A stretch of 64,000 nucleotides of DNA from a virus. Position numbers and translations under genes: made by a program. The stretch lies in the IMG/VR virus record IMGVR_UViG_3300010160_000003, positions 36,391 through 100,390 of that record. One strand, written 5' to 3'. This document shows positions 48,861 to 59,590 of this stretch, in pieces. Position 1 is the first letter of the stretch. Each line of letters begins with the position of its first letter. The notes beneath the pieces were generated by a model. That model saw only the letters and a list, made by a program, of their open reading frames with translations, was not told where the DNA came from and did not search any database.

Positions 48861-49530
48861 GTATTAGCCCCGCATTCGTTATCCATTTATATCCTACGGA
48901 CATTCCTTTTGATCTCCCAGAAACTTTGCCTGCACGAATATTTTTTTTGTATAATATTGGATTTTCTAAATATGCGGCAACCCCGCTTGATCTTAAGAAT
49001 GCTTGAGTAAAATACTTTTTAAAGAAAGAATCAATTATATTTTCAAAAGCACCAGTAGTTGCATTTCCTCCTGGACTGTCAACTGTGACGCTACTTTTAG
49101 TAAAAACCGTTTCTCCATCTTGTTCAAAAACCAAAACATCAGAATTTCTTGGAGTAATTACAACTGAAATTCCTTGCTCCATAATTTTTGCCTTGTCGTA
49201 GAATGGAACATTTGATCCATTTTTAATTGATGAAGATTGTTTAAAATTTGTCATAAATGATAAACCTAGATTGCTTACCGTATAGTTTATATCATATAAT
49301 CTTGCTTCTGGGCTTCCTACCTTAGACCATTCATATATGTGGTGAAGTGCTTGAGGGTTTACCCTTGCATTTGAGTCAATATACTTTTCTAAGACTTCTT
49401 TTACATTTAGTCCAAGGTTTTTAAAAAATACTGATTTACCTGCTTTTACTCCATCCAAATATCCCAAAGAATATTGAACAATGTTGTTCATTTCTTTTGT
49501 AAATTGCTTAGTGTTTACGGATACTCTCAT
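48853..49530 (-). CDS. Neck/tail-completion protein (HK97 gp10-like position)
   Basis: Synteny; LHHIYEW, KAKIMEQG motifs. Confidence 0.55.
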   Translation of the reverse strand: MRVSVNTKQFTKEMNNIVQYSLGYLDGVKAGKSVFFKNLGLNVKEVLEKYIDSNARVNPQALHHIYEWSKVGSPEARLYDINYTVSNLGLSFMTNFKQSSSIKNGSNVPFYDKAKIMEQGISVVITPRNSDVLVFEQDGETVFTKSSVTVDSPGGNATTGAFENIIDSFFKKYFTQAFLRSSGVAAYLENPILYKKNIRAGKVSGRSKGMSVGYKWITNAGLIHG

Positions 49531-49976
49531 TATATATCCGACCCCTGATTCTCTGAACGGCGTATAGCCAAAGCATAATAATCTGGATCTCCAAATGGTC
49601 CTATAATTGGAGACTGAGACTCTATCTCATATATTGTTGACTTACCAGCCCTTACTCCAGAAGTTTCTATGTATAGTGGAACATCTGTTCTTGTTCTAAT
49701 GTTTGTTATAACTACATTTGTTATTGAGTCTGCATTATTTTCTTGTGAAAATCTAATGTCCTTTTTTGTTCTTCCCATTAAAACTTTTTTTAATGTTATG
49801 TTTACATTTGGCTTTACTTCTTGGTCTACCGTTCCATCTTTAGAAAAATTACAGATTATTGTTTTATTAAAAACCCAGGTTTTTTGAACATTGCCGTATG
49901 CTCCTTGTTCAACTATTGGATAGTAGACATCTGCTTTCATGGGATACATGAAGTCTGTATCTTCGCATGATTCCAT
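49530..49976 (-). CDS. Head-to-tail stopper (putative)
   Basis: YPMKADVY...YGNVQKTW; synteny. Confidence 0.6.
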   Translation of the reverse strand: MESCEDTDFMYPMKADVYYPIVEQGAYGNVQKTWVFNKTIICNFSKDGTVDQEVKPNVNITLKKVLMGRTKKDIRFSQENNADSITNVVITNIRTRTDVPLYIETSGVRAGKSTIYEIESQSPIIGPFGDPDYYALAIRRSENQGSDI

Positions 49977-50953
49977 TATAAAATCCCAGGTCTGACAATG
50001 TTATTGAGGTACTTGTCTAAAATCTTATCAACTAGAATATTACCAGTTCCATCAAGTAATCTTTTATCATATTCAATTTTAAACTGCTCTGTGCTATATG
50101 CTTTTACATATCTTTTGTAGTAGTCAAGTTTTCCACATTTAATATCATTAATAAGCATCTTAGTTGCGTCTTGAATGTCATATGGCACTACCTTGTACCC
50201 AGTTTCTAAAAGAATAATATAATCTGTTCCTTCAGAAAATGCCACTCCACCACTAACCGTTTGAACGTTTCCGCTGTCTTCTGTATCAAATAAAGAGATT
50301 GAGTCTGAGTATCCTAATGGTATTCTTGCAGGTTTTCTTTCTGCACGGTTTAAAGCATCTACTGTTTCTACGGGATCCTTTGTAATTGCAGTCTTGTCTT
50401 TTGTTATTAAAAAGTTATATGTAGTTAATGCCGCTGGATCTTCTGATGAGTCATATACTAGTTCTGCATTTTCATGTACCGTTAAAATTTTATGTGCTTT
50501 ATCCCATAATGGAATATAGTCAGTTCCTTGGCCAACAACTTCTAGGTAGGTTCTCTTATAATAAAATCCACCGACAACGGAATCAATTATTGTTCTTGCA
50601 AGGTTTTCATACTCTGTATATTCTGTAATTTCTGTTGGTGTTGTTCCAAGTGTTGATGGATCTACATATGGCCTTACAATGTCTAAATTATCTTCTAAAA
50701 CAATATCTCCACGAGAATCCTGAACTCCAGAGACTGTAATGCTTTCGTAAATTGTAACGGGATAAGACTTGTCATATTTAAGAAAATTTCCAGTAAGGCT
50801 ATAAGTTAAAACTTTTTGAGCACTAGAAACAAGAATAATCTCAAGTTCTGTTTGTTCTAGTAGGTCATCAATTACAATAATATACTCTGTAGATGCATCT
50901 GGAACTGTATAAGAAAGAGTCAGTGGGTATGGGGGAAGTCTAAGTATTTGCAT
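49976..50953 (-). CDS. Head-to-tail adaptor
   Basis: ARTIIDSVVG...GYKVVPYDIQDATKMLI...TGNILVDKILDKY. Confidence 0.7.
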   Translation of the reverse strand: MQILRLPPYPLTLSYTVPDASTEYIIVIDDLLEQTELEIILVSSAQKVLTYSLTGNFLKYDKSYPVTIYESITVSGVQDSRGDIVLEDNLDIVRPYVDPSTLGTTPTEITEYTEYENLARTIIDSVVGGFYYKRTYLEVVGQGTDYIPLWDKAHKILTVHENAELVYDSSEDPAALTTYNFLITKDKTAITKDPVETVDALNRAERKPARIPLGYSDSISLFDTEDSGNVQTVSGGVAFSEGTDYIILLETGYKVVPYDIQDATKMLINDIKCGKLDYYKRYVKAYSTEQFKIEYDKRLLDGTGNILVDKILDKYLNNIVRPGIL

Positions 50954-51288
50954 TATTTACCGTAATAATTCGCTAGTTCTTCTGGTGTTGCGCTACGAAC
51001 CTTTTTAAGAGTTAGCCATTTTTCTGAGGATTCTTTTGAAACAATATTGTAGCCAGTTATAAGTTGCCCTACTCCTTGCCAATGAAGATTTCCTAATGAA
51101 TATACGGCAACCTTTTCATTTATTTTTACTTCTTCTTTTAATTCTTGGGCTGGTTCTGGAACAAAATTATTAATAATTTCTAAAATTTCATTTCTTGTTT
51201 TTGCCTCATTTATAGCAATATTATTTTTTTTGGCATAGGCTTCTAACTCAAATACTGTTTTTTTACTTAAATCATTAATAGTAATCAT
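50953..51288 (-). CDS. Head-associated protein with HeH/Rho-N-like N-terminus
   Basis: LSKKTVFELEAYAKKNNI...RNEILEII; immediately after the MCP gene. Confidence 0.55.
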   Translation of the reverse strand: MITINDLSKKTVFELEAYAKKNNIAINEAKTRNEILEIINNFVPEPAQELKEEVKINEKVAVYSLGNLHWQGVGQLITGYNIVSKESSEKWLTLKKVRSATPEELANYYGK

Positions 51289-51320
51289 ACGAGCCTCCTA
51301 AGTTATTATACCAGAATATG

Positions 51321-51351
51321 AAGAAGGGAAGCCACTGTTACATGACTTCCC
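51321..51351 (-). terminator. Probable terminator after the major capsid gene
   Basis: GGGAAGTCA/TGGCTTCCC stem followed by TTCTT. Confidence 0.6.
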
Positions 51352-51372
51352 TCTTTCAATTATTTATGAGTA

Positions 51373-52530
51373 TTACTCAGAAACGCTATCTGCATCGCCA
51401 TAAGCAACTGCATCTAGTTCTTCCCATTGAATACCAAAGCGGACGAATACTGTGTATTCAATTGTATCCTTCTTTGGCTTGTATTCACGGTTTACAGTAA
51501 TATCACGTTGGAATCCCCAAACACGGTTGGATGGGAATGTTAAGTCAACGAAATTGTCTGGGTAGTAAGGAACTTCCATGACATCAATTCCTAACACACG
51601 AGTTGTACGTGCGTTACCAACTGTTTGTGCTCCACCATCAAGATAGTCTTGACGATTTGCTTGTGTGCTACCAGTGCGATCAGAGAATGCTGAAGAGATT
51701 GCATCTGCTAGTGTACCGTTGTTACGAACAATACCAGAGAATGCATCTGTACCAGCATAAAACTTTAGGTTGCTCTTGACTGCACGATACTTACGTGGCA
51801 TTGCAAGAACAATCTTCTGCATGATAGATGTTGTCCAGTCATCATTTGACAATGAGACAACGGCTTCGTGAGCATCTGTTGTGCCTACGATTGCGCTGTG
51901 CTTAGTCTGGTTTACGAAACCATTCATGATTGAAAGGAAGTCACCTGTTGAAGCATCACCATTAATGGCAAGGTCTTCAATATCGTTTGCGAATGCATTT
52001 GTCATCAAGCGAACTAGATGATCTTCAAGTGCTCCACCTTCAATATTGTCTTCAAGTGATTCTGTAGAAACTTCCCAATCAAGACGAATCTTTTTTGTAG
52101 TAAGTTCTACCTTTGTAAATGTTGCACCAGCGTTTGTGTAGTTTGGACTACCTTGTGCTGCTGCACGAATGACACGCTCTCCAACGTTAACCTTTTCGAT
52201 TTCCATTGTGTTTGCTCGCATTGTAACTTTACGACCATCTTTGGCGAGTACTGTTGCATCCCACACGTAGTCGATGAAGCGACGAGCCTGTTCTGGTGCA
52301 AGAATACCACCTGCTGCCCCAGTTGGGTTTACAGCATTGGCTCCAGTTGTTACACCAAAGTTTGCTGTTGCAGTATTACCGAGTTGTGATCCAACAGACG
52401 CTGCTGCTGAATCTAGACCTGTAGCACTACCAACCCCACCTGATACGAGTGATCCCTGGGAGTTAAGTTCTGCTCCTGAGCCACCTGAACCTGGATAGTT
52501 TTTGGCTATATCTTTATCTTGTTCTGACAT
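51373..52530 (-). CDS. Major capsid protein (HK97 fold)
   Basis: GGILAPEQARRFID, LTTKKIRLDWEVSTESLEDNIEG, DIEDLAINGD, EYKPKKDTIEY; follows protease/scaffold. Confidence 0.93.
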   Translation of the reverse strand: MSEQDKDIAKNYPGSGGSGAELNSQGSLVSGGVGSATGLDSAAASVGSQLGNTATANFGVTTGANAVNPTGAAGGILAPEQARRFIDYVWDATVLAKDGRKVTMRANTMEIEKVNVGERVIRAAAQGSPNYTNAGATFTKVELTTKKIRLDWEVSTESLEDNIEGGALEDHLVRLMTNAFANDIEDLAINGDASTGDFLSIMNGFVNQTKHSAIVGTTDAHEAVVSLSNDDWTTSIMQKIVLAMPRKYRAVKSNLKFYAGTDAFSGIVRNNGTLADAISSAFSDRTGSTQANRQDYLDGGAQTVGNARTTRVLGIDVMEVPYYPDNFVDLTFPSNRVWGFQRDITVNREYKPKKDTIEYTVFVRFGIQWEELDAVAYGDADSVSE

Positions 52531-52556
52531 TATTTCACCTCCTAGTGAATATATTG

Positions 52557-53855
52557 TTAATTAAATAGGTCGGAATTTTTGAGGAAACGTCCGCCCCATA
52601 GGGATTTCTGAACCTTTACAGGCTCAAACTGCACGATCTCGCCTAGATCGCCAGACTTGCGGAAAGCGGTATCTTGCTCAACGGCATCTACTCTCTTTCC
52701 AAACTCATTGAACTGACCCTTGACCTGTGTTACTTCTGTAGACACATCGTCAATGGACTTGTTAAGTGCTGCAACTTGTTCATTAAGAGACTTAATGGTT
52801 GTAGCGAGATCGCCAAAGGCATTAGTAAGAGAGTTCTTGATTTCAGCAACTGCATCAGCAATTGATTCATCTGACTTTGCTACAGCAAGTTCGGCTTCAA
52901 CTGCTGGAGCAACGCTCTCTTCTTCTACTACTGGAGCAGAAGGAACTGCACTACCATCATCTGACTTTTCAACAACAGTATCTGTTGGTGCTTCCTCAAC
53001 GACTGCAGGAGTTTCTACTTCTGCTGGCTGTGCCTCTGGAGTAATTTCAACATTCTCAACTGCAGCATCTAACACTGCTTCTGTTGCTTCTGTCATTTTA
53101 TTTACCTCCTTGGTAATCTTAATTGTACTAATGCCTTTAGCACTATCAACTAAGAACTTTATCATATTTGCTTTTTCTTCATCGTTTTTTTCTACAAAAC
53201 CAATGTTTTCCATGTTTTTGCCACTGATTGGACTTGCTTCTGTTTCTGAATCAGAAACTAATACAATACCGTTTTCGGAATCGTAAAAAACATTTTCAAT
53301 AACAGTATCTGCAGATGTTCCAGTTACAACATTCTGACCATTTATTTTTTCAACAGAAATGATGCTTGCAAATTGATTTGCTGGGCTATCAACTAATGAT
53401 AATTCATAAAGATCATAGTCTTTAATAATACGAATTGACTTGTCTAAGTCTGCATTATAGGCATCGTCCCAAACCTTAATATTGCCACCAATAGAAAAAC
53501 CAGTGTATGTGCCATCTAGGACTTTCTCCCAGGCATTTTGAGCACCTTTTGAAACATAGGCAGAAACATAAACTCCGTTATAAAACTTTTTTGAATTTGG
53601 ATCAAAATAGCGATCTTCTTTAAATGAAATCATTCTTCCTACTGCTGATGGCTGATGCATTTCTCTTAAGTTACCCTTGAAATTTTTAAATGCCTGAACA
53701 CTTGCTTCTGCTGTAACAATGTCGTCTTGTTTATCAATGTTATCAAGAGATGCAAAACCAGAAACCATACGACGTTCTACATCTACCTTGCCAATAGGCA
53801 TTGACAGACGGAGGCTATCTTTGTCTGTTGTCCAATTTGCCTTGTTTATTATCAT
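52557..53855 (-). CDS. Prohead (capsid maturation) protease fused to scaffold
   Basis: RMVSGFAS...DKQDD...LREMH...GFSIGG...ELSLVDSPAN; acidic linker and coiled coil; track ATG at 53867 overlaps the -10 box, so start set to 53855. Confidence 0.9.
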   Translation of the reverse strand: MIINKANWTTDKDSLRLSMPIGKVDVERRMVSGFASLDNIDKQDDIVTAEASVQAFKNFKGNLREMHQPSAVGRMISFKEDRYFDPNSKKFYNGVYVSAYVSKGAQNAWEKVLDGTYTGFSIGGNIKVWDDAYNADLDKSIRIIKDYDLYELSLVDSPANQFASIISVEKINGQNVVTGTSADTVIENVFYDSENGIVLVSDSETEASPISGKNMENIGFVEKNDEEKANMIKFLVDSAKGISTIKITKEVNKMTEATEAVLDAAVENVEITPEAQPAEVETPAVVEEAPTDTVVEKSDDGSAVPSAPVVEEESVAPAVEAELAVAKSDESIADAVAEIKNSLTNAFGDLATTIKSLNEQVAALNKSIDDVSTEVTQVKGQFNEFGKRVDAVEQDTAFRKSGDLGEIVQFEPVKVQKSLWGGRFLKNSDLFN

Positions 53856-53896
53856 ATCAGAATCCATTATACCAAATGTTTTATTAGATTTCTCAA

Positions 53897-55504
53897 TTAT
53901 TGAGACGATCTACCCTCTCCAGCAGGATTACGCCCAGCAACTGTACTTGGAGAGTCAGAGTTGTTATTTGTTCTTTGTGCATCTCTTGCCCTATTGCCAG
54001 CAAGGTTTGCAGCGGCATCTGTAGCCTGTCTTGGAGTCATAATAAATGGAGTATCTCCATCTTTACGTAGTGGCAAATCAAGAGCCTGACGAGCCTCATT
54101 TGGCATCATAATCTGAGTCTTAACAAGCCTTTCAAGAATCTGTGATTGAGCAATTTCATCTGTTAATGTTAGTTCATTAAACTTAAGTTCAAGAACATCT
54201 GTTTTTTCTTTAATAATTTTGTTAACAACTTTTTCTAAATGATGTTGTGCTGGTCTGGCAACTTGCTCTTTAAATGTACGATCTTGTGAAAGTGCTGCTG
54301 CTAAACCAGACTCTGAGCCACCAAGTTTAGATATAGGTACTTGATGGGCAATTAGAATATCGTCACGATTTTGTTTACGATATTCTTTGAAAGATCCCTC
54401 TTGAATACCGTTTTCAATTGGCTCCATTTTAAACTCAACCTTGTTCTGGTCTGTATCTCCAGGGAGTGGAATATAAAGGGTTCTGTGAGACTGCGACTTA
54501 AGACCAGTCTGTAAAAATCTAAACATTTTATCTTCTGCGTCTCCAGAAAGTTTTGCACCCTTTAAAGTAATGATGTATCGTGGTACAGCCTTGTTTTCAA
54601 AATAATCAATGTTGTATCTTGATGCTAGTTGATCACCAATTAACGACGGCATTGCAGAAACAATATCTGGAATCCCATAATAAGTATTTAATGGAGAGTA
54701 TGACTTAAGATGAATAATTTCATTTGCACGGCTATCTGCTGTTACTGGATTCGTATTACTTGCACCAAAATTTCTAAAATAAACAACAGCCTGACCAATA
54801 ATCTGAAGGTAGCCATCATTAAGTCTACGAACACGAACAGTAGTCGCTGGGATATGCCCAAGATATCCAATCTCGCCCTTAGTAGTTCTGCCTATTTCAA
54901 TAAAACCATTGCCTGTTGCTTCAACATCTGTATAAACCTTTTCCATAACTTTTGTAAAAGAATCATCATCGTTAAGGTTTTCTAGCCAATCACGAAGTTC
55001 AATCTTGGCTCTTTCAATTCTGCTTCTTGCTCTACCAGTTGCGCCTTCATCTTCTGAAGTTTCTAGTCTTAGCGCAGTCCTATCTGTAATGTCAAACCTA
55101 TAACCAAGACCTACAATGTTTTCTACCTTTGCATCAATTGCAGCGTGGTTTGAAAAACATGTATCATAAAAATTTGCAAGTTCATACATATTATATGGTG
55201 GAGTAATTACGTCAAATAGACCGTATCCATTTCTGTATACCGTTCCAGGATTAAGTGCTTTAGAGCCAGCATCGTCTGCTCCAGAAGGAGTTGCATTTGC
55301 TGAGTCTAGATATGCTGCTGTTGGAGAAACTGCTTTGCTAATCTGTCTTACTATACGACGGCGAAAGTTTTGATCTAAGCCAGTGTATTCTTTAAGTTCT
55401 TCCCAGTTTTTATTAAATGGGTCACTTAACTTAAACTCATTATCTTTTTCTTCTTGAGTATTTAGACTTGCCCTAACATACTGGAAGTTATCATCATCAG
55501 TCAC
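53897..55504 (-). CDS. Portal protein
   Basis: HAAIDAKVENIVGLGY, YYGIPD, YFENKAVP, AHQVP, PNEARQ; likely GTG start at 55504. Confidence 0.92.
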   Translation of the reverse strand: MTDDDNFQYVRASLNTQEEKDNEFKLSDPFNKNWEELKEYTGLDQNFRRRIVRQISKAVSPTAAYLDSANATPSGADDAGSKALNPGTVYRNGYGLFDVITPPYNMYELANFYDTCFSNHAAIDAKVENIVGLGYRFDITDRTALRLETSEDEGATGRARSRIERAKIELRDWLENLNDDDSFTKVMEKVYTDVEATGNGFIEIGRTTKGEIGYLGHIPATTVRVRRLNDGYLQIIGQAVVYFRNFGASNTNPVTADSRANEIIHLKSYSPLNTYYGIPDIVSAMPSLIGDQLASRYNIDYFENKAVPRYIITLKGAKLSGDAEDKMFRFLQTGLKSQSHRTLYIPLPGDTDQNKVEFKMEPIENGIQEGSFKEYRKQNRDDILIAHQVPISKLGGSESGLAAALSQDRTFKEQVARPAQHHLEKVVNKIIKEKTDVLELKFNELTLTDEIAQSQILERLVKTQIMMPNEARQALDLPLRKDGDTPFIMTPRQATDAAANLAGNRARDAQRTNNNSDSPSTVAGRNPAGEGRSSQ

Positions 55505-55895
55505 TTTCGTACGCATCCCTTCCGTGTGTTTTTAATGTCTTCTGTGCATCTGCAATTGCACCAAGGTCATTCACGTTTGGAATTAACCCTTGCCTCATTC
55601 TATCTTTTTGTTCTGAGTACTCTTCTTCAGATACCCTGGTTAATCCAGCAACAAAATGCGCTGTTCCCGTTCCATCATCACCATTAAATACTGCAGCCCT
55701 TTTAAGTTCTGCAATTTTTGAAATGTCACCTTTTTGAGCAGGAACGTTTAATACAGAGCCCGTTCCATCAGTAAACCACTTTCCGTTTGATTTCTTATAT
55801 ACGTATAGGCCCCAGTCATAATGCTTATCAATCACCTTACGACGTACATTTTCAACAATAGGTTTGCCAGTTTTTGGGCTAAATAAAGAATCCAT
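55497..55895 (-). CDS. Conserved hypothetical protein upstream of portal
   Basis: ORF track; ATG 55895 lies 7 nt after TGGTATACT. Confidence 0.7.
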   Translation of the reverse strand: MDSLFSPKTGKPIVENVRRKVIDKHYDWGLYVYKKSNGKWFTDGTGSVLNVPAQKGDISKIAELKRAAVFNGDDGTGTAHFVAGLTRVSEEEYSEQKDRMRQGLIPNVNDLGAIADAQKTLKTHGRDAYESD

Positions 55896-55913
55896 AACCA
55901 TAAGTATACCAGA

Positions 55914-58900
55914 TCATACTGGTGCCCCTACAGATGACGACCAACTGGTGTCATTATAGAATTTCATCTTGTCAGACTCAAATATCATGCCTTCTTCATC
56001 ATCAATGATAATCTTATTAGTTCCCATATAATTATTATAAACATCTTCTGCGTTTACGCCATAAAGTGATGATGATGCTATAAATAAAACGCCATCCCAG
56101 GTATAGTTATTTAACCAGTATGACCATTCATAATCTGTTATGCCTTCTTGTTTAACCTTGTTCCATGTCCTATTAATCTTTGACTGTATCTGCTGAAGAC
56201 TATTGGCTTGATAGTATGCAATGTTATTAAATATTGCGGGGCTGTTTAAATTTACAGATCCCAGGAATAAGTCAAGGTTTAAGGCTGTTGCAAAGTTTAT
56301 TCCTAGAACTGCCCATTCTTTTATTGTTAAAGTTGGCTCACGAACAAGGTTTCCATTTAAAAAATATGATATACCATCAAAATCGGAGTTATCATTTTTG
56401 TTTTTTGCATAAATTTTTCCTCTTTGACCCAATTCATCATTAGCAACTATGTAAAAGATAACTGTATTACTTTTGTGTTCTATCTCAAATAAACTTATTG
56501 GTGTTGCAGGAAAAGATTCTTGGTCATATCTAATCCAAGATTGAAAAGCACTTATTCTGTAGTTTTCTGCAACAGATTGATTAATTGGCATTGATATTCC
56601 ACGATCAAAATTAGAATCAAAATCTCCACGAACCTGAATGCCCGATGTTTTATTTACATAAAGATATGGAGTGCTTCCTTTATAAATGCTAAATGGATTT
56701 TTTGATTTATAGTCATAGTAAATTCCAGACCGCTTGTAAGGAAACAGATCAATTCCAGATCTCGTACCAATTGCATTAAATGAGTTGTTATTAAGAGCCT
56801 GAGATGCAATTTCTAACTTTTTAATAAGAACTGGTTTTGTTAGTATTCCACGAACATTAAAGTCTAAACTATAAACAATTGCTAATTGGTTAAAATCAAT
56901 ATCTTTTCTTGGATAAATTAAAGTATTGTCAATGATTTCAAATTTTGTTGTAGACCACGATGAGTAATTTGAAATATCAATAACTGAGTTTTCTGTTGGT
57001 AAAACCGTAGTTGTAAATTTGCTTGGTAAAGAATTTGCTCCATCAAAAATATATTGAAAAGTTACATAACTTTTAATAGAGGCATTTTCTGTATTGTATT
57101 CGTAGTATTTTAAAGCATTTTGAGATAAATCTTGATAATTATTTAATCCCGTAAAAAGTGCATTATCTAATTGTTTGTATGTTTTTCGTACTGGATTTTT
57201 GTATCCATTTGTAAACTCTTCATATGTCCAAGATTCTATAGTCTCTGTTTCTAATGGGCTAGATGGAGAGGGATATCCAAAGTTAAACTGCAAGAAGTCT
57301 AAATCATAAAATGAATTTCCTGCTTCATTTTGTACGTACTGTCCAAAATAAGATAGAGGAAGATAGTCTTCCCAATGACCTGCAACACCAATATCTAAGA
57401 ATAATTTATTATATGCAAATGTTGGCAAAAGAGTATAACTTGCTGTATGAGCCAAAAGTGCTAGAGCAGTCTCTGATGACTCAATCCCGCTACCCGTATA
57501 GGTATCAACAATAACGGTTCCATTATCCTCAAAATAGTCAGATATAGAATTTGCATTTAAGGCTGTTGTAAGCCCAACAGAAAAAATATATCCTTTAAAT
57601 GTTTTATCTCCATTGTTGTCTCCACCAACATAAAGACTTAAAGAGTTTTGATTACCAAAGAAGGTTGCAACATTACCACCATTTTCAGCCACAAGACTTT
57701 CAATATTAATTCCTGCTGCAAAAAGTTCTTGTAATCCAATATCGTCTGTGCGATAAATCACTTCTGAAACTCCACTATATACTAAAGAATAAACAATTTC
57801 TAGGCCATCCACGTTTACTGTAAAATAGTTACCTGTGCTTTGATTGTATATTTTAAATAATATCTGTTCTTCATCATTAGTGCCACTTCCTTGGTTATTT
57901 ATTTGAAATACTCCATATATAGAGGCCACTTGATCATTTAATACATTAAAGTTTGGAAAGTTAATGTATGATCCTTTATCGTCCCAGGAATTATCAGGAT
58001 TTAGTGATATAAAATAACTATCTGTTCCTAGATTTCCACTTGCAATATTATCATATAGAGTGGTTGAATCATCATATAGATCTTGAAGTGTTTTTGTTCC
58101 CGTAAAAATTGTTGGTAAAGTATATTGAGGAGTTGTTAGGGATGCTGCTGTTGTAGATAAATTATCAAAACTACCCTGTTCCCATTGAGCAAAACTTGGG
58201 TAGTTATAATTAGCCGTATAATCTGCAAATGGATAATCAATTATTGCAGAACTTCCACTATAAGCAGAGTCAATACTTTCTGATGAACCAACTCCTTGCC
58301 CATAGACCCAACGTCTTTTTGCAAGAATATCTGGCACTTTGTATGAGTAAATTGCTACACAGTCAATTTCAATTGGAGTTACGTCTTCGTATGCATAAAA
58401 CCCAAGCCAGTTTTCTTCATTTCCAGATGCTAGTGTCATTGAAGAAGTTACAAAATCTAAAGATATAACCTGCTCTCCATTTATCATAACTGTTGCATTG
58501 TCTTTAATTACTGTTATATCAATTAACATTGGCCTAAACCATTCACCAACAAAATGAGAACTAAAATTTCCACCAATAAAAAGAGTTAAGAATCCACTAT
58601 CTACGTATAAACCATCTCCGCTTGCAATTGGACCAAAAATTCTTTTTGGAGTATAACTATCTGAGTTAATTCTTGCCCAAAACTCAACAGTATAATTGCT
58701 ATATCTTCCTTCTTCGTGTAAAAAGCCTTTTCCAGGAAATATAACTGATGGGCTATTTCCATTTGGTATAAGTTTTGTAACACCAGATGCACCAAAAACC
58801 AAAGGTATTCCAGTATTTTTTGCAACTAAAGAATTTTCATTAACAAGGTAGTATGCAGTGTCTGATGAAATTCCATATGCTGATGCTGGAACAACTTCAC

Positions 58901-59555
58901 TTGTTGTTGTCAAATCAATGCCTGCTGGAAAAGCCTCTGACTCTATTCCTAATGACCTTACATTAAACTCTTCAGACCACTGGCCAAGTGTTATTCCATT
59001 AAAATAAAATTCATAATCTGTAATGCTTACTCCGCCATCAGTAGTTACAATTTTTATAACTATTCGCATATTTGTGTTTTCATCTGGTATTTGGAAAGTT
59101 TCAGATATAAAACCCCAACCCTGAAACAAAGAAGTTTCAAAGGTTTTAAAATTTTGAACTATCTCAGATGTTGTTGTATCTGTATACTCATAGCCAATAG
59201 AGACTGATTCAATATATGTACTGTTTGAATAAAAATGTGTTCCTATACAAAATGTTCCAAGGTCTTGATTTAGATCTTGAAAATTTATAATATTAGGACT
59301 TATTAAAATTGCTTCATTTGTTGCCCCGACTGGAACATCACAACTAACTTTTGTATTATAACTATCAACAAATGGCTCGCCAGTTAAAGCAGTGCCAGAT
59401 GAAAAGGTACATCCTGTTTCAGACCAAAGACCTAAAATATTTCTTTGAGACTCTGAGATTAAACTAATATAGTCAAGTTTATCATCTAATGCCCAAAGAA
59501 CCAGTGGGTGTTCACTAAAGATTTTTTCTGCATATAAGTTAGATGGGTTAGACAT
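55914..59555 (-). CDS. Large virion structural protein with LamG/concanavalin-like domains
   Basis: YAEKIFSEHPLVLWALDD N-terminus, YTVEFWARI...ATVMINGEQV...IDCVAIY; beta-rich 1213 aa. Confidence 0.65.
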   Translation of the reverse strand: MSNPSNLYAEKIFSEHPLVLWALDDKLDYISLISESQRNILGLWSETGCTFSSGTALTGEPFVDSYNTKVSCDVPVGATNEAILISPNIINFQDLNQDLGTFCIGTHFYSNSTYIESVSIGYEYTDTTTSEIVQNFKTFETSLFQGWGFISETFQIPDENTNMRIVIKIVTTDGGVSITDYEFYFNGITLGQWSEEFNVRSLGIESEAFPAGIDLTTTSEVVPASAYGISSDTAYYLVNENSLVAKNTGIPLVFGASGVTKLIPNGNSPSVIFPGKGFLHEEGRYSNYTVEFWARINSDSYTPKRIFGPIASGDGLYVDSGFLTLFIGGNFSSHFVGEWFRPMLIDITVIKDNATVMINGEQVISLDFVTSSMTLASGNEENWLGFYAYEDVTPIEIDCVAIYSYKVPDILAKRRWVYGQGVGSSESIDSAYSGSSAIIDYPFADYTANYNYPSFAQWEQGSFDNLSTTAASLTTPQYTLPTIFTGTKTLQDLYDDSTTLYDNIASGNLGTDSYFISLNPDNSWDDKGSYINFPNFNVLNDQVASIYGVFQINNQGSGTNDEEQILFKIYNQSTGNYFTVNVDGLEIVYSLVYSGVSEVIYRTDDIGLQELFAAGINIESLVAENGGNVATFFGNQNSLSLYVGGDNNGDKTFKGYIFSVGLTTALNANSISDYFEDNGTVIVDTYTGSGIESSETALALLAHTASYTLLPTFAYNKLFLDIGVAGHWEDYLPLSYFGQYVQNEAGNSFYDLDFLQFNFGYPSPSSPLETETIESWTYEEFTNGYKNPVRKTYKQLDNALFTGLNNYQDLSQNALKYYEYNTENASIKSYVTFQYIFDGANSLPSKFTTTVLPTENSVIDISNYSSWSTTKFEIIDNTLIYPRKDIDFNQLAIVYSLDFNVRGILTKPVLIKKLEIASQALNNNSFNAIGTRSGIDLFPYKRSGIYYDYKSKNPFSIYKGSTPYLYVNKTSGIQVRGDFDSNFDRGISMPINQSVAENYRISAFQSWIRYDQESFPATPISLFEIEHKSNTVIFYIVANDELGQRGKIYAKNKNDNSDFDGISYFLNGNLVREPTLTIKEWAVLGINFATALNLDLFLGSVNLNSPAIFNNIAYYQANSLQQIQSKINRTWNKVKQEGITDYEWSYWLNNYTWDGVLFIASSSLYGVNAEDVYNNYMGTNKIIIDDEEGMIFESDKMKFYNDTSWSSSVGAPV

Positions 59556-59590
59556 TGTTCTCCTATCCCCTTATTATAGCAGGATAGAGC

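Noticed and set aside
52674-54024. Plus-strand ORFs opposite the protease, capsid and portal genes
   Set aside because: Fully antisense to well-supported structural genes, with no independent evidence.
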